A DNA stretch of 64,000 nucleotides from an uncultured Actinomycetota bacterium (GCA_963703795.1 CAVPFT010000063.1:116047-180046); one strand, 5' to 3'; counted from the stretch's first letter, positions 37,560 through 46,889 are shown. The notes: generated from the letters alone by a model not told the origin. Translations and numbers: made by a program.

Positions 37560-40500
37560 ATGCTGGCTAACATGAGCGAAATCGATCCACGGGCGGATAT
37601 GCCGTCGTTGGACTGGAGCGAACTGGGCCTGAACGAAGCCATGAACGAGCCTGTGCCTACTGGGACCGTGACGCTGCTGTTGGCCGACGTCGAAGGTTCG
37701 ACCCAGTTGTGGAACTCCCGTCCCGAGGAAATGACCGCGGCGATCGCAAACCTGGATCAAACCCTGGCCGAATTGGTGGGCATCCATCACGGAGTCCGCC
37801 CGGTCGAACAGGGCGAGGGCGACAGCTTCGTCATCGCGTTCGGCCGAGCGTCCAACGCGGTGGCGTGCGCACTTTCGCTGCAACGAGCGCCACTTGCGCC
37901 ATTGCGGCTGCGCGTAGGGGTGCACACCGGCGAGGTGCAGCTCCGCGACGAGAACAACTATGTCGGTCCGGCCATCAACCGGACCGCACGACTCCGCGAG
38001 CTCGCGCATGGCGGCCAGACGGTGCTGTCGGGCACCACCGCAGATTTGGCTGCCGACACACTCCCCGACGACGCCTGGCTGGCCGATCTGGGCACCCATC
38101 CGCTGCGAGACCTCCCCCGGCCGGAACGCGTAGTGCAGCTTTGTCATCCCGATCTGTGCAACGAGTTTCCGCCACTTCGGATGCGCGACGCCGTTGTCTC
38201 CCAACATCTTCCGGTGCATCTCACCAGTTTTGTAGGGCGCGACGCGGAAATCGTCGAGGTACGCGACATTCTGGCGCACAACCGGCTGGTGACGTTCACC
38301 GGTGCCGGCGGCGTGGGCAAGACCCGGCTGGCGCTGCAGGTCGCTGCCCGCCTCGGCAACACCTACGCGGATGCAACGTGGTACGTCGACCTGGCACCGA
38401 TCACCGACCCCGATCTGCTGCCGGTCACCGCGGCACGGGCGCTGGGGCTGCCGGACCAGCCGGGGCGCTCCCCGGAGACCAGCCTGCTGCAGTTCATCGG
38501 TAGTCGACAGATGCTGCTGATGCTGGACAACTGTGAGCATCTGCTGGACGCCAGCGCAGCGCTGGTTACCACACTGTTGGGTGGCTGCCCCCAATTGACG
38601 GTGCTTACGACCAGTCGCGAGCCGATCGGGGTGGCTGGCGAGACGACGTGGCGGGTGCCGTCCTTATCCCTGGCCGGCGACGCCATCCGACTCTTCAGTG
38701 ACCGTGCCACTCACGCCCGGCCCGGTTTCAGCATCAACGACGAAAACGCCGCCACGATCGGTGAGATCTGTCGTCGACTGGACGGGATGCCGCTGGCCAT
38801 CGAGTTGGCGGCGGCACGGGTCCGGGCGTTGTCGCCCAAGGATATTCTCGCCGGCCTGCAGGACAGGTTCCGATTGCTGACCGGCGGCTCACGGACTGCA
38901 GTGCGCCGTCAGCAGACCCTGCAGGCCTCCGTGGACTGGTCGCATGCGTTGTTGACCGAGCCCGAGCGAATCTTGCTCCGCCGGTTGGCGGTGTTCCAGG
39001 GCGGATTCGACCTGGACGCCTGCCAGACGGTGGTCTGTGACGAAAGCCTGGCGGCCCACCAGGTGCTCGACCTCCTCGCATTGCTTGTCGACAAGTCGCT
39101 GGTGATCGCCGAAACGGCCGGGGGCCCAACGCGATACCGATTGCTGGAAACGATCCGACAGTATGCCCAGGAGAAACTGGGCGAGTCCACCGAGGCCATC
39201 GCCGTCCGAGAACGCCACCGTGACCACTACAACGCGATGGCGGCTGCACTCGACGCTCCGGGCAGCACTAGTCTCGAGCTCCTACTCGACCAGGCGGAGG
39301 CCCAAATCGACAATCTGCGAGCCGCATTCGCGTGGAGCCGGGAAAACTCCGACACCGACAGCGCATTGCAGCTCGCCACGTCCCTGCAGCCGCTGTGGCT
39401 GACGCGGGGCCTCCTCAAGGAGGGGTCGGACTGGCTCGATCTCGGTCTGGCCGACGCCGAGGCCGCGGGCGCCGATGTGACACCCCGGGCGATCGCGCGG
39501 GCGCTGGCCGACAAGGCATTCCTGGACAATATGCGCGATGCGGAAAGCCTTGCGCGAGCGCAGCGTTCGCTGGCCATCGCGCGCGAGCTCGATGATCAAG
39601 CGCTGCTGGCGCGCACTCTCACCACTTGCGGCCGTGTCGCCGGTTGGAACGCCGACCTGGCCCGGCCGTACTTGTCGGAGGCGGCCGACTTGGCCCGAGG
39701 CATAGGTGATCGGTGGCGGCTCAGCCAGATCCTCTACAGCCAGGCGTTCACAGCGACAGTCGGCGCGGGCGATCTGGACACCGCACTCGCGGCCGCGACG
39801 GAGGGCCGCGCCCTCGCCGACGAGATCGGCGACCGGGGCTATTCGCGGGGGTGCCGGTGGTGTCTGGGTGGGGCGCAATGGGTGCTCGGGAATGTCGCCG
39901 GGGCCGAGGCGCAGTTTCGCGAGTTGATGACCGAGGCAGACGCGGCGCACGCACTGATCTGGCAGGTGTCTGCCCGGGAGCACCTGTCCCAGGTGCTGGC
40001 CCATCGAGGGCAGGCAGACGAGGGCCGCGCCATCGCGCTCAAGGCGCTCGACGGCGCCGCCGACATCGGCAGGTACATGGAAGGTGTCGTGTATTCGGCG
40101 CTCGCTTTCGCTGCGCTGGCCGGTGGCGATGTCGACGCGGCCTTCGATGCCAGCGAGGCGTCCCGCGAGCGGCTGGACGGAGGGCCCCGCCTTGCGACCA
40201 CTACTACCAAGCCCGCGGCGCAGGCAGCACTCGCCCGTGGGGATCTGAGGTCAGCGCGTCGTTTCGCAGATGAAGACGTTGCCGCCGCGGTGGGCTGGTT
40301 CACGGTACAGGCGCTGACTACCCGGGCGCGCGTGGCCTTGGCGGAAAACGAGCCGGGACAGGCAGAACGCGATGCCCACGACGCACTGACGCGCGCCGCC
40401 GAGCTGCGTGCCCACCTATTTGTCCCAGACCTTTTGGAGCTTCTCGCCACTTTAGCCCATGGTGCCGGCAACCATCCCGAAGCGGCGCGGCTATTCGGCG

Positions 40501-40895
40501 CGGCGCACGCCATCCGCCTCCGTACCGGTGTGGTTCGCTTTAAGGTGTACGACCCAGAACACAAGGCATCGGTCGATGCGACTCGTAAAGCGTTGACAGA
40601 AAAGGAATTCGATGCCGCCTGGGGCGCCGGCGCGGCCCTGTCCACCGATGAGGCGATTGCTTACGCGCGCCGCGGGCGGGGTGAGCGCAAACGGCCGCCC
40701 AGCGGTTGGGATTCACTGACCCCGACCGAGCGCGATGTAGTCCGCCTGGTCAGCGAGGGATTGGGCAACAAGGACATCGGCGGCCGGCTCTTCATCTCCC
40801 CGCGCACCGTCCAGACCCACCTGACCCACGTGTACGCCAAACTCGGGCTCACGTCGCGCATGCAGTTGGTTCAAGAAGCCGCCCGCCACGCATGA
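37560..40895 (+). CDS. Class III nucleotide cyclase - NB-ARC ATPase - TPR - LuxR HTH regulator (Rv0386/Rv1358/Rv2488c family)
   Basis: LLADVEGST, QGEGDS, INRTARL; Walker A GAGGVGKT; LDNCEH; LDGMPLAIELAA; C-terminal LTPTE..GLGNKDI..LFISPRTVQTHL. Confidence 0.93.
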   Translation: MLANMSEIDPRADMPSLDWSELGLNEAMNEPVPTGTVTLLLADVEGSTQLWNSRPEEMTAAIANLDQTLAELVGIHHGVRPVEQGEGDSFVIAFGRASNAVACALSLQRAPLAPLRLRVGVHTGEVQLRDENNYVGPAINRTARLRELAHGGQTVLSGTTADLAADTLPDDAWLADLGTHPLRDLPRPERVVQLCHPDLCNEFPPLRMRDAVVSQHLPVHLTSFVGRDAEIVEVRDILAHNRLVTFTGAGGVGKTRLALQVAARLGNTYADATWYVDLAPITDPDLLPVTAARALGLPDQPGRSPETSLLQFIGSRQMLLMLDNCEHLLDASAALVTTLLGGCPQLTVLTTSREPIGVAGETTWRVPSLSLAGDAIRLFSDRATHARPGFSINDENAATIGEICRRLDGMPLAIELAAARVRALSPKDILAGLQDRFRLLTGGSRTAVRRQQTLQASVDWSHALLTEPERILLRRLAVFQGGFDLDACQTVVCDESLAAHQVLDLLALLVDKSLVIAETAGGPTRYRLLETIRQYAQEKLGESTEAIAVRERHRDHYNAMAAALDAPGSTSLELLLDQAEAQIDNLRAAFAWSRENSDTDSALQLATSLQPLWLTRGLLKEGSDWLDLGLADAEAAGADVTPRAIARALADKAFLDNMRDAESLARAQRSLAIARELDDQALLARTLTTCGRVAGWNADLARPYLSEAADLARGIGDRWRLSQILYSQAFTATVGAGDLDTALAAATEGRALADEIGDRGYSRGCRWCLGGAQWVLGNVAGAEAQFRELMTEADAAHALIWQVSAREHLSQVLAHRGQADEGRAIALKALDGAADIGRYMEGVVYSALAFAALAGGDVDAAFDASEASRERLDGGPRLATTTTKPAAQAALARGDLRSARRFADEDVAAAVGWFTVQALTTRARVALAENEPGQAERDAHDALTRAAELRAHLFVPDLLELLATLAHGAGNHPEAARLFGAAHAIRLRTGVVRFKVYDPEHKASVDATRKALTEKEFDAAWGAGAALSTDEAIAYARRGRGERKRPPSGWDSLTPTERDVVRLVSEGLGNKDIGGRLFISPRTVQTHLTHVYAKLGLTSRMQLVQEAARHA

Positions 40896-40904
40896 CCGGG
40901 CGGC

Positions 40905-41981
40905 TCAGCTCAGCAATTCCAACGTCTCCAGGTCGCGGATCGCCTGAGCGCCCCGTCCGAGCATCGTCAGCACCATATCGTCACCGCGCTCGGTGGCGGT
41001 GGCAAAGGCGAACCCCAGGGCCGAGATCAGCAGGGCCTGAATCATCCCGAGCCGGTAATCGCGCCAACATGTGTCACGGTCATACCCGGTGACTCCGTAG
41101 CCCAGCAGGGCACGGTAATACTCGTCGACGAGGTCCTTCTCGATGGTTGGGCGCAGCCGTGAATCCAGGCTGGTCGCCGTGAAATAGGCGAGATCCCGTG
41201 CCGGAAGACCCACCCCGAGCGTCTGCCAGTCGACCACGCTCACCCGGCTCCGGTCCGGATCGAACAGCAGGTTGTCGAGCCGATAGTCACCATGCAGCAG
41301 GGCGAACCGGTCCCGTTCGGCGAAAAGCCAGGGTGTCACTAAACCCATTGCCGTAGCGAAGGTTTCGCGGTCTTCGGCGCTCATTCGGTCGCCGAGCTTC
41401 TCCACGGTGATGTCGGCGCTCATCTTCGCCACGTCTCCGAGGCCCTTGGCGGATGCCTCGTCCGGAACGGGAAACGCGAGGCCGGGGAGATCGAGCCAGA
41501 ACGGATCGCACCAGCTGGGCCCGTGCAATCCGGCCAGCGCCACGACCGCCAGGCGCGCCTCCTGCTCGCCGCAGCCCGCGATCTGGTCCCCCTGCACAGC
41601 GGGTGCCTGATCGGCGAGCAGTAGCGCGTAGTCCAGGGCGTCCTCGGTGATCTCGCAGTAGAAGCACCGCGGCGTCGGTACCCGTACGCGGTCGGCGACC
41701 GTTGCATAGAACGCACATTCGCTGCGATAGCCGATGACGACCCGGTCGCGGACGGTGTCGTCCTGGGCGGGCAGTTTGATCACGAATGTCTGCGGCAAGT
41801 CGCCCGGATCTGTCGCATATCTGGCCGTCACCCGGTAGGTCGCCCCGGTCTGGCCGGTGCCGATGGGAACCACGTCGACGTCGGACACCTCGACGGGCGT
41901 GCGGCGTTCGCTGAGCGCGGCCGACAGCCATTCGGGGGTGACGTCGCCGGGGTATCGCGGAATCGACACCACGGCACTCAT
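40905..41981 (-). CDS. APH/ecdysteroid-kinase-like phosphotransferase
   Basis: IGTGQ, FVIKL, LHGDYRLDN, VDWQ, DLAYF. Confidence 0.88.
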   Translation of the reverse strand: MSAVVSIPRYPGDVTPEWLSAALSERRTPVEVSDVDVVPIGTGQTGATYRVTARYATDPGDLPQTFVIKLPAQDDTVRDRVVIGYRSECAFYATVADRVRVPTPRCFYCEITEDALDYALLLADQAPAVQGDQIAGCGEQEARLAVVALAGLHGPSWCDPFWLDLPGLAFPVPDEASAKGLGDVAKMSADITVEKLGDRMSAEDRETFATAMGLVTPWLFAERDRFALLHGDYRLDNLLFDPDRSRVSVVDWQTLGVGLPARDLAYFTATSLDSRLRPTIEKDLVDEYYRALLGYGVTGYDRDTCWRDYRLGMIQALLISALGFAFATATERGDDMVLTMLGRGAQAIRDLETLELLS

Positions 41982-42052
41982 CAGCGGCACGCCTCCACTA
42001 CTCGGACGGTCGATCGACCGATCAACTGTAAGGGATACGGCAACAGCCGCGG

Positions 42053-42868
42053 TCAATCACGCTGACCTATTCGGCGAAGACGCGCCATCCGGCGACCTGC
42101 CGCTGGCGCGTCCGGCTCGTCGCCGCGGCGGGTGCCCATCGCTCGCCCAGCGCTCCAGTAGGCCTGGGCGTGTATCCCGGACTTGGGGAACCCGAACTCG
42201 TCACGCAGCCGCTTTCGGACATGCTTGAGAGTCGCGGCCTCGGGTGTCGCCCACACGTACCAGTCCGACCAGTCGCGGCTTTCAATCGCCTCGGCCAGCG
42301 ACTTCTCGCCGCGGCGCGCGACCCAACGCGCCCGCAGGCGGGGATGTTTCGCGAGCGGGATCAGCGTGTCATTGTCATCGTGTCGCTCGAGGTACATCTC
42401 GATCGGGACATCGTCGGGGACGATTTCGGCAATGCCGTTCATCCCCGGGATCGATGCCGAATCACCGATCAGCAGATAGCCGGCCGGTTGCTCGTCGGGC
42501 GCATCGAAGCGCGACGAACCCATCAGTGACATGACCGCGATCGTCGTCCCGGGTTCCACGGTGCGCGCCCACAACGACGCCGGGCCGGCCGGCTCGTGCA
42601 GCACGACGTCGACCGCGAAGCGCCCGGCGGGGACGTCTGCCTCGGAGATCGTGTACGCGCGCTGGAACTCGGTGTTCGATCCGTCCGGATCGGGAAACCA
42701 GAACCGCAGCCACGCCGCCGGTTCGGCCTTTATGTCTTCGAACAATGTCGGCGACACTATCCGTACCCGCACGAAATATGGTGCGATGGAGATGGTTTCG
42801 ATGACCGTTGCGGTGTGGTCGCGCGCGCCGAAACCCCGCAAAATTACGCCCTGCAACCCGCGCGACAT
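42053..42868 (-). pseudogene. irtA: Truncated irtA: only the N-terminal siderophore-interaction (FAD-binding) domain, joined to the apparent last codons of irtB
   Basis: [36 protein letters not shown] recognised as the IrtA N-terminus; no TM or ABC domains follow. Confidence 0.8.
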
Positions 42869-42942
42869 CAGCGCTCCTCCCCCTGGCGGGACGCAAGCGG
42901 TTGCATCCGGCACCTTCCGGCTAGTACCTAACCGCCACAAAC

Positions 42943-42961
42943 TAAGGGTTACCTTACTTGC
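42943..42961. promoter_or_regulatory. Putative IdeR iron box upstream of irtA
   Basis: TAAGGGTTACCTTACTTGC, about 13/19 match to TWAGGTWAGSCTWACCTWA; irtAB is a known IdeR target. Confidence 0.6.
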
Positions 42962-43097
42962 GGTCAAGGCCGCGCATATTGAGGGCGAATTTGCGTGGTG
43001 GGCACGGTCGTCGCAGCACTAGGATTACCTGCTGAGATCGCCGCCGCCGCGAATTCGGCGGCCGCGATGGGAAATCCGTTGAGACGAAGGCGCTTTC

Positions 43098-44009
43098 ATG
43101 ACCAACGCACCGATCTACCTCATCACGGGCGCCGGTGGCGGCGTGGCCGGCATCAGCCCGCAGGTGGTGGCCCGACTGCTCAGCCGCGGCGAGACGGTTC
43201 GCGCCATGGTGCACCACGACGACTCTCGCGCCGGCGCGTTGCGTGACCTTGGCGCCGAGGTGGTCGCCGGAGACCTGACCAACCCGGTCGACGTCTTCGC
43301 GGCGATGTCCGGGGTCAGCCGGATGTTCTTCAACATGAGCGTTTCACCCGATTACCTGCAGGCCACCACCGTGGTGTGCGTGGCGGCAAAGGAACTCGAC
43401 GCCCTCGAAGTGTTGGTCAACATGTCGCAGATGACGGTCTCCCAGATGACCGCCACCAGCACGGAGGAATCGAAGCAACATCGCCTGCATTGGCTCGCCG
43501 AGCACGTCATCAATTGGTCGGGCGTCCCTGCCGTGCACATCCGGCCGACGGTCTTGCTGGAAAACCCGCTCTTCTCCATGTCGGCCGCCCGGTCGATCCG
43601 CGAAAGCGGCCGGCTGTCGCTGCCGTTCGGAAGCGGTCGCACCTCGCCCGTCGCCTCCAGTGACGTCGCCGACGTCGTCACCGCGGTGCTCAGCGCACCC
43701 CAGGACCACATCGGCGCGGTCTACGAATTGACCGGCCCGGCAACGCTTGACGTCGACGGGCTCGCCGACCAGTACACCCAAGCCCTGGGCCGAACCGTCA
43801 CCGCGGTGACGCCGTCCTACGACGAATGGCTGCACGGGCTCAACGCGATGGGACTGCCGCCGCACGTGCAGCAACACATCGCCACGATGGCCCGGCTGCA
43901 CAGCGAAGACCGCTACAACCGCTCAACCAACGATGTCGAATCCATCACGGGCCACGGCGCACAGACCGTGCGGCAATACGTCGAAGAGCACCGGGACATG
44001 TTCGGCTGA
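43098..44009 (+). CDS. NmrA-like NAD(P)-binding protein
   Basis: LITGAGGGVAG, VVAGDL, HIRPT, DVADV, YELTGP. Confidence 0.88.
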   Translation: MTNAPIYLITGAGGGVAGISPQVVARLLSRGETVRAMVHHDDSRAGALRDLGAEVVAGDLTNPVDVFAAMSGVSRMFFNMSVSPDYLQATTVVCVAAKELDALEVLVNMSQMTVSQMTATSTEESKQHRLHWLAEHVINWSGVPAVHIRPTVLLENPLFSMSAARSIRESGRLSLPFGSGRTSPVASSDVADVVTAVLSAPQDHIGAVYELTGPATLDVDGLADQYTQALGRTVTAVTPSYDEWLHGLNAMGLPPHVQQHIATMARLHSEDRYNRSTNDVESITGHGAQTVRQYVEEHRDMFG

Positions 44010-44027
44010 AAATGCGGGGCGGTGGTG

Positions 44028-44312
44028 TTACGCGGCGCTGGGGCCGACCGACGACGCGTGCGCCGAAGCCATCTTCAGGCCTCGTTGACGGGTCGGTGCC
44101 TCGCTCCTGGCGGCGTGTCCCTCGAAGCGATCCTCAAGTTGGGATACGAGCCACCACTCCGTGATCACGATCGCGAGTAACAATGCCCCCCGCGTCAAAC
44201 CGCCGTCGACAGCGATCATGGTGACGATGCCGACGACGCCCCACAACGCGGCACCTATCCACACCGCGGCGGCGAGTGTGCGGTGGCGTCCGCCGCTGGT
44301 GGTGTCCCACAT
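44028..44312 (-). CDS. Small hypothetical membrane protein
   Basis: Two hydrophobic segments; GAGG upstream of the ATG. Confidence 0.5.
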   Translation of the reverse strand: MWDTTSGGRHRTLAAAVWIGAALWGVVGIVTMIAVDGGLTRGALLLAIVITEWWLVSQLEDRFEGHAARSEAPTRQRGLKMASAHASSVGPSAA

Positions 44313-44506
44313 GTCTGCCTCGCTCTAGGTCACCCTGTGATGCCGGGATTTACCTTGGAACGCCAGCGCGATAGGAGTGCTGCCCGTTCTGGGGCGATGG
44401 TGACCGATTTCACAGAGCGCGGTTCGCCAAATGAAGCGTCGACGGGACGCCTGCGCAGCGCAGGGTGCGGGCCGCGAGCTGATCCTTCAGTCCGGCGAAG
44501 CCGAGC

Positions 44507-44704
44507 CTATATCCGGCGCCCGCGCGAACCCCTGGGCCGGAACGCGTCTTTGACCTTTTCGCCGGCGTCTCTCAGATGAGACTCGCGCCGGTCCTGCCTG
44601 CCCTGCCGTTCGAGTGCGACGTCTCCGGTTGCTCGACCGACCGCCTCCTTGAGCGTGCCCTTCAACCGCTGAGCCTTGTTCCTGGCCTTATTGGAGCCAC
44701 TCAT
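44507..44704 (-). CDS. CsbD-family stress protein
   Basis: KARNKAQRLKGTLKEAVGRATGD..LERQG..AGEKVKDAF; AAGGA RBS; GGTT-N16-GGGTA SigF-like promoter at 44742-44766. Confidence 0.9.
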   Translation of the reverse strand: MSGSNKARNKAQRLKGTLKEAVGRATGDVALERQGRQDRRESHLRDAGEKVKDAFRPRGSRGRRI

Positions 44705-44794
44705 GGCGAGTCCTTCCTCTGTCGTGGTCTCGTACGGTGACTACCCCATATCAGGCACCGACAACCCGGCAGGTCGCTGGATCGGGCGGGTGGC

Positions 44795-45043
44795 CTACCG
44801 TTCGCGGTCCCTCGCGTCAGATTCGGGGTTGTCGCCGTCCCAGTAGGCCCACTCGGGAAGCGGTGTATTGGGCATAGCCCCCCGAGCTGTCGCCTCGTAG
44901 CCGGGTTGTGCGCTGTGCCCCTTCCACCGTGGATCCGATCTACGCGCCCGTGAGCGCCTAACCCCGCGGGTGATCAGAGCGAACGTGCCCACGACGATAA
45001 AGGCGACCAGCGCAACCTTAAGGATTAGCAACAACAGTGCCAT
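44795..45043 (-). CDS. Small hypothetical membrane-anchored protein
   Basis: N-terminal TM helix followed by a basic stretch; GAGG upstream. Confidence 0.55.
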   Translation of the reverse strand: MALLLLILKVALVAFIVVGTFALITRGVRRSRARRSDPRWKGHSAQPGYEATARGAMPNTPLPEWAYWDGDNPESDARDRER

Positions 45044-45167
45044 GTCCTCGGGCTCCTAACGACTTGTGCCCTTGGAACTTCCGGCCGCCGAACCAGGCGG
45101 CCTGAGGGCGGTGTGCGGCGGTTATGGAAACGACTATCCACCAGCGCAAACAACTCGACCGCATTCG

Positions 45168-45250
45168 TGCGGGCGGAGGGATTCGAACCCTCACGCTCTT
45201 TCGAGCAATGGCACCTAAAGCCATCATGTCTGCCATTCCATCACGCCCGC
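45168..45250 (-). tRNA. leuW: tRNA-Leu (anticodon TAG)
   Basis: GCGGGCG acceptor stem; ATGGC-TTTAGGT-GCCAT anticodon arm; long variable arm GCTC-GAAA-GAGC; GGTTCGAATCC T-arm; TACGAT -10 at 45261-45266; CCA not encoded. Confidence 0.95.
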
Positions 45251-45342
45251 AGCGGTGCCGATCGTACCGCTCGGCGCTTCGAAGAGACTTGTCGGCGTTT
45301 CCTCCTAGGTTGGGTTGATCACGGCGGCGAGAGGGCAAACAA

Positions 45343-46080
45343 GTGCGACCAGCGCAGGAGTTCGCCATTGTGCAACGCCTCATCGCGGATGGTCTTAACA
45401 ACTGCGCAATCGCACGCCAGACAGGCGTCCCGCGACGCACCGTTTCGGACTGGCGACGTCGGTTACCAGTTCGGCCAAGGGACTCGGGTGAATTGCCCTG
45501 CAAGGCACACGACTTCGATGGCCTACTAGCGGGTGCGTACAGCTACTTGCTTGGTCTGTACTTGGGCGATGGGTGCATCTCACAACACGCCCGTCGCGTA
45601 TGGCGTCTGAGGATCACCCTCGACAAGAAGTATCCGGCGATCATCGATCGCTGTTGCGCAGCCATCGACACGCTGTTCCCAAGGCAACATGCATCGATCA
45701 GTCCACGTAAATACGGATGTGTCGACGTGTCGCACTACTCAAAACACTGGCCTTGTCTGCTGCCGCAGCACGGTCCGGGGAAAAAGCACCTTAGGCCGAT
45801 CCGACTGGAGCCGTGGCAGGAACTGCTCGTCAATCAAGCCATGGAGGAATTCATTCGAGGCCTGATCGATAGCGACGGGTGCCGTGTGGTCGCTAATGAC
45901 CGCGGCGTCCGCAGCGTCCGCTACCACTTCTCGAACCGATCGGAGGACATCCTCGGCTTGTTCACCGGGGCGCTCGACAACCTTGGAATCCCATGGACTC
46001 GGCCAAGCCGTTACATCATTGCCGTCTACCGCAAGGCCGCCGTGGCGCGCCTCGACGAATTCGTCGGGCCCAAATCGTGA
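45343..46080 (+). CDS. N-terminal HTH plus double LAGLIDADG (DOD) homing-endonuclease-like protein
   Basis: HTH GLNNCAIARQTGVPRRTVSDWRR; motif 1 YLLGLYLGDG; motif 2 FIRGLIDSDG; FSNRSEDIL...LDNLGI block. Confidence 0.85.
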   Translation: MRPAQEFAIVQRLIADGLNNCAIARQTGVPRRTVSDWRRRLPVRPRDSGELPCKAHDFDGLLAGAYSYLLGLYLGDGCISQHARRVWRLRITLDKKYPAIIDRCCAAIDTLFPRQHASISPRKYGCVDVSHYSKHWPCLLPQHGPGKKHLRPIRLEPWQELLVNQAMEEFIRGLIDSDGCRVVANDRGVRSVRYHFSNRSEDILGLFTGALDNLGIPWTRPSRYIIAVYRKAAVARLDEFVGPKS

Positions 46081-46096
46081 GCGGTACCTTCAAGGG

Positions 46097-46477
46097 GTGT
46101 CCACTACGCGTCGTCGCAGGCCCGCGCTCATCGCGCTGGTGATCGTCGCGGCATGCGGCTGCCTGGCCCTGGGCTGGTGGCAATGGACCCGGTTTCAGTC
46201 CGTCTCGGGCACCTTCCAGAACCTTGGCTATGCGCTGCAGTGGCCGCTGTTCGCCTGGTTCTGCGTGTACGCGTACCGCAAGTTCGTCCGCTATGAAGAG
46301 GAGCCTCCGGAACCGCGCAACAACGGCGAGATGACCGAGATACCGGCCGGGCTGCTGCCGGAGCGGCCCAAGCCCGCACAACAGCCGCCCGACGATGCCG
46401 CGCTGCGGGAGTACAACGCCTACCTGGCAGAGCTCGCAGACAAAGACGCCGAGAAGCAGAACAGGACGAGCACATGA
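46097..46477 (+). CDS. lprD: Conserved membrane/lipoprotein LprD (Rv1343c ortholog), probably leaderless
   Basis: MSTTRRRRPALIALV..CLALGWWQWTRF..QNLGYALQWPLF; TACCTT -10 six nt before the GTG. Confidence 0.88.
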   Translation: MSTTRRRRPALIALVIVAACGCLALGWWQWTRFQSVSGTFQNLGYALQWPLFAWFCVYAYRKFVRYEEEPPEPRNNGEMTEIPAGLLPERPKPAQQPPDDAALREYNAYLAELADKDAEKQNRTST

Positions 46478-46824
46478 CCACACCCGAGACACCCGAAGCA
46501 CCAGCGCCCGCGGTCCCCGTCGACAAGATCCGCACCGCGCTGCTGGGCTACCGGATCATGGCGTGGACGACGGGTATCTGGCTCATCGCGCTGTGCTACG
46601 AGATCGTCTCGCACCTGGCTTTCCACCACGAGATCCGGTGGATCGAGGTGGTGCACGGGTGGGTGTACTTCGCGTACGTGTTGGCGGCGTTCAATCTGGC
46701 GATCAAGGTCCGCTGGCCCATCGCTAAGATCATCGGTGTGCTGCTTTCCGGCACCATCCCGTTGCTGGGCATCATCGTCGAGCATTTCCAGACCAAGGAC
46801 GTCAAGGCGCGCTTCGGGCTTTAG
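46474..46824 (+). CDS. DUF3817 membrane protein (Rv1342c ortholog)
   Basis: YRIMAWTTG, VHGWVY, GTIP; ATGA overlap. Confidence 0.88.
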   Translation: MTTPETPEAPAPAVPVDKIRTALLGYRIMAWTTGIWLIALCYEIVSHLAFHHEIRWIEVVHGWVYFAYVLAAFNLAIKVRWPIAKIIGVLLSGTIPLLGIIVEHFQTKDVKARFGL

Positions 46825-46889
46825 GAACATCCTGGGTGTCGCTGCCAGTTGAGTCACACCTGGCACATGCACCGCTGCAGGGCACACTT

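Noticed and set aside
44460-44475. GTGCGGGC match to the tRNA 3' end as a possible att site
   Set aside because: Only 8 bp in high-GC DNA, and there is no integrase in the window.
45264-46087. GTACCGCTC / GAGCGGTAC 9-bp inverted repeat flanking the LAGLIDADG gene, as possible element ends
   Set aside because: Both copies coincide with the outward-facing -10 regions of the tRNA and lprD promoters (cggTAnnnT); too short to call terminal inverted repeats.
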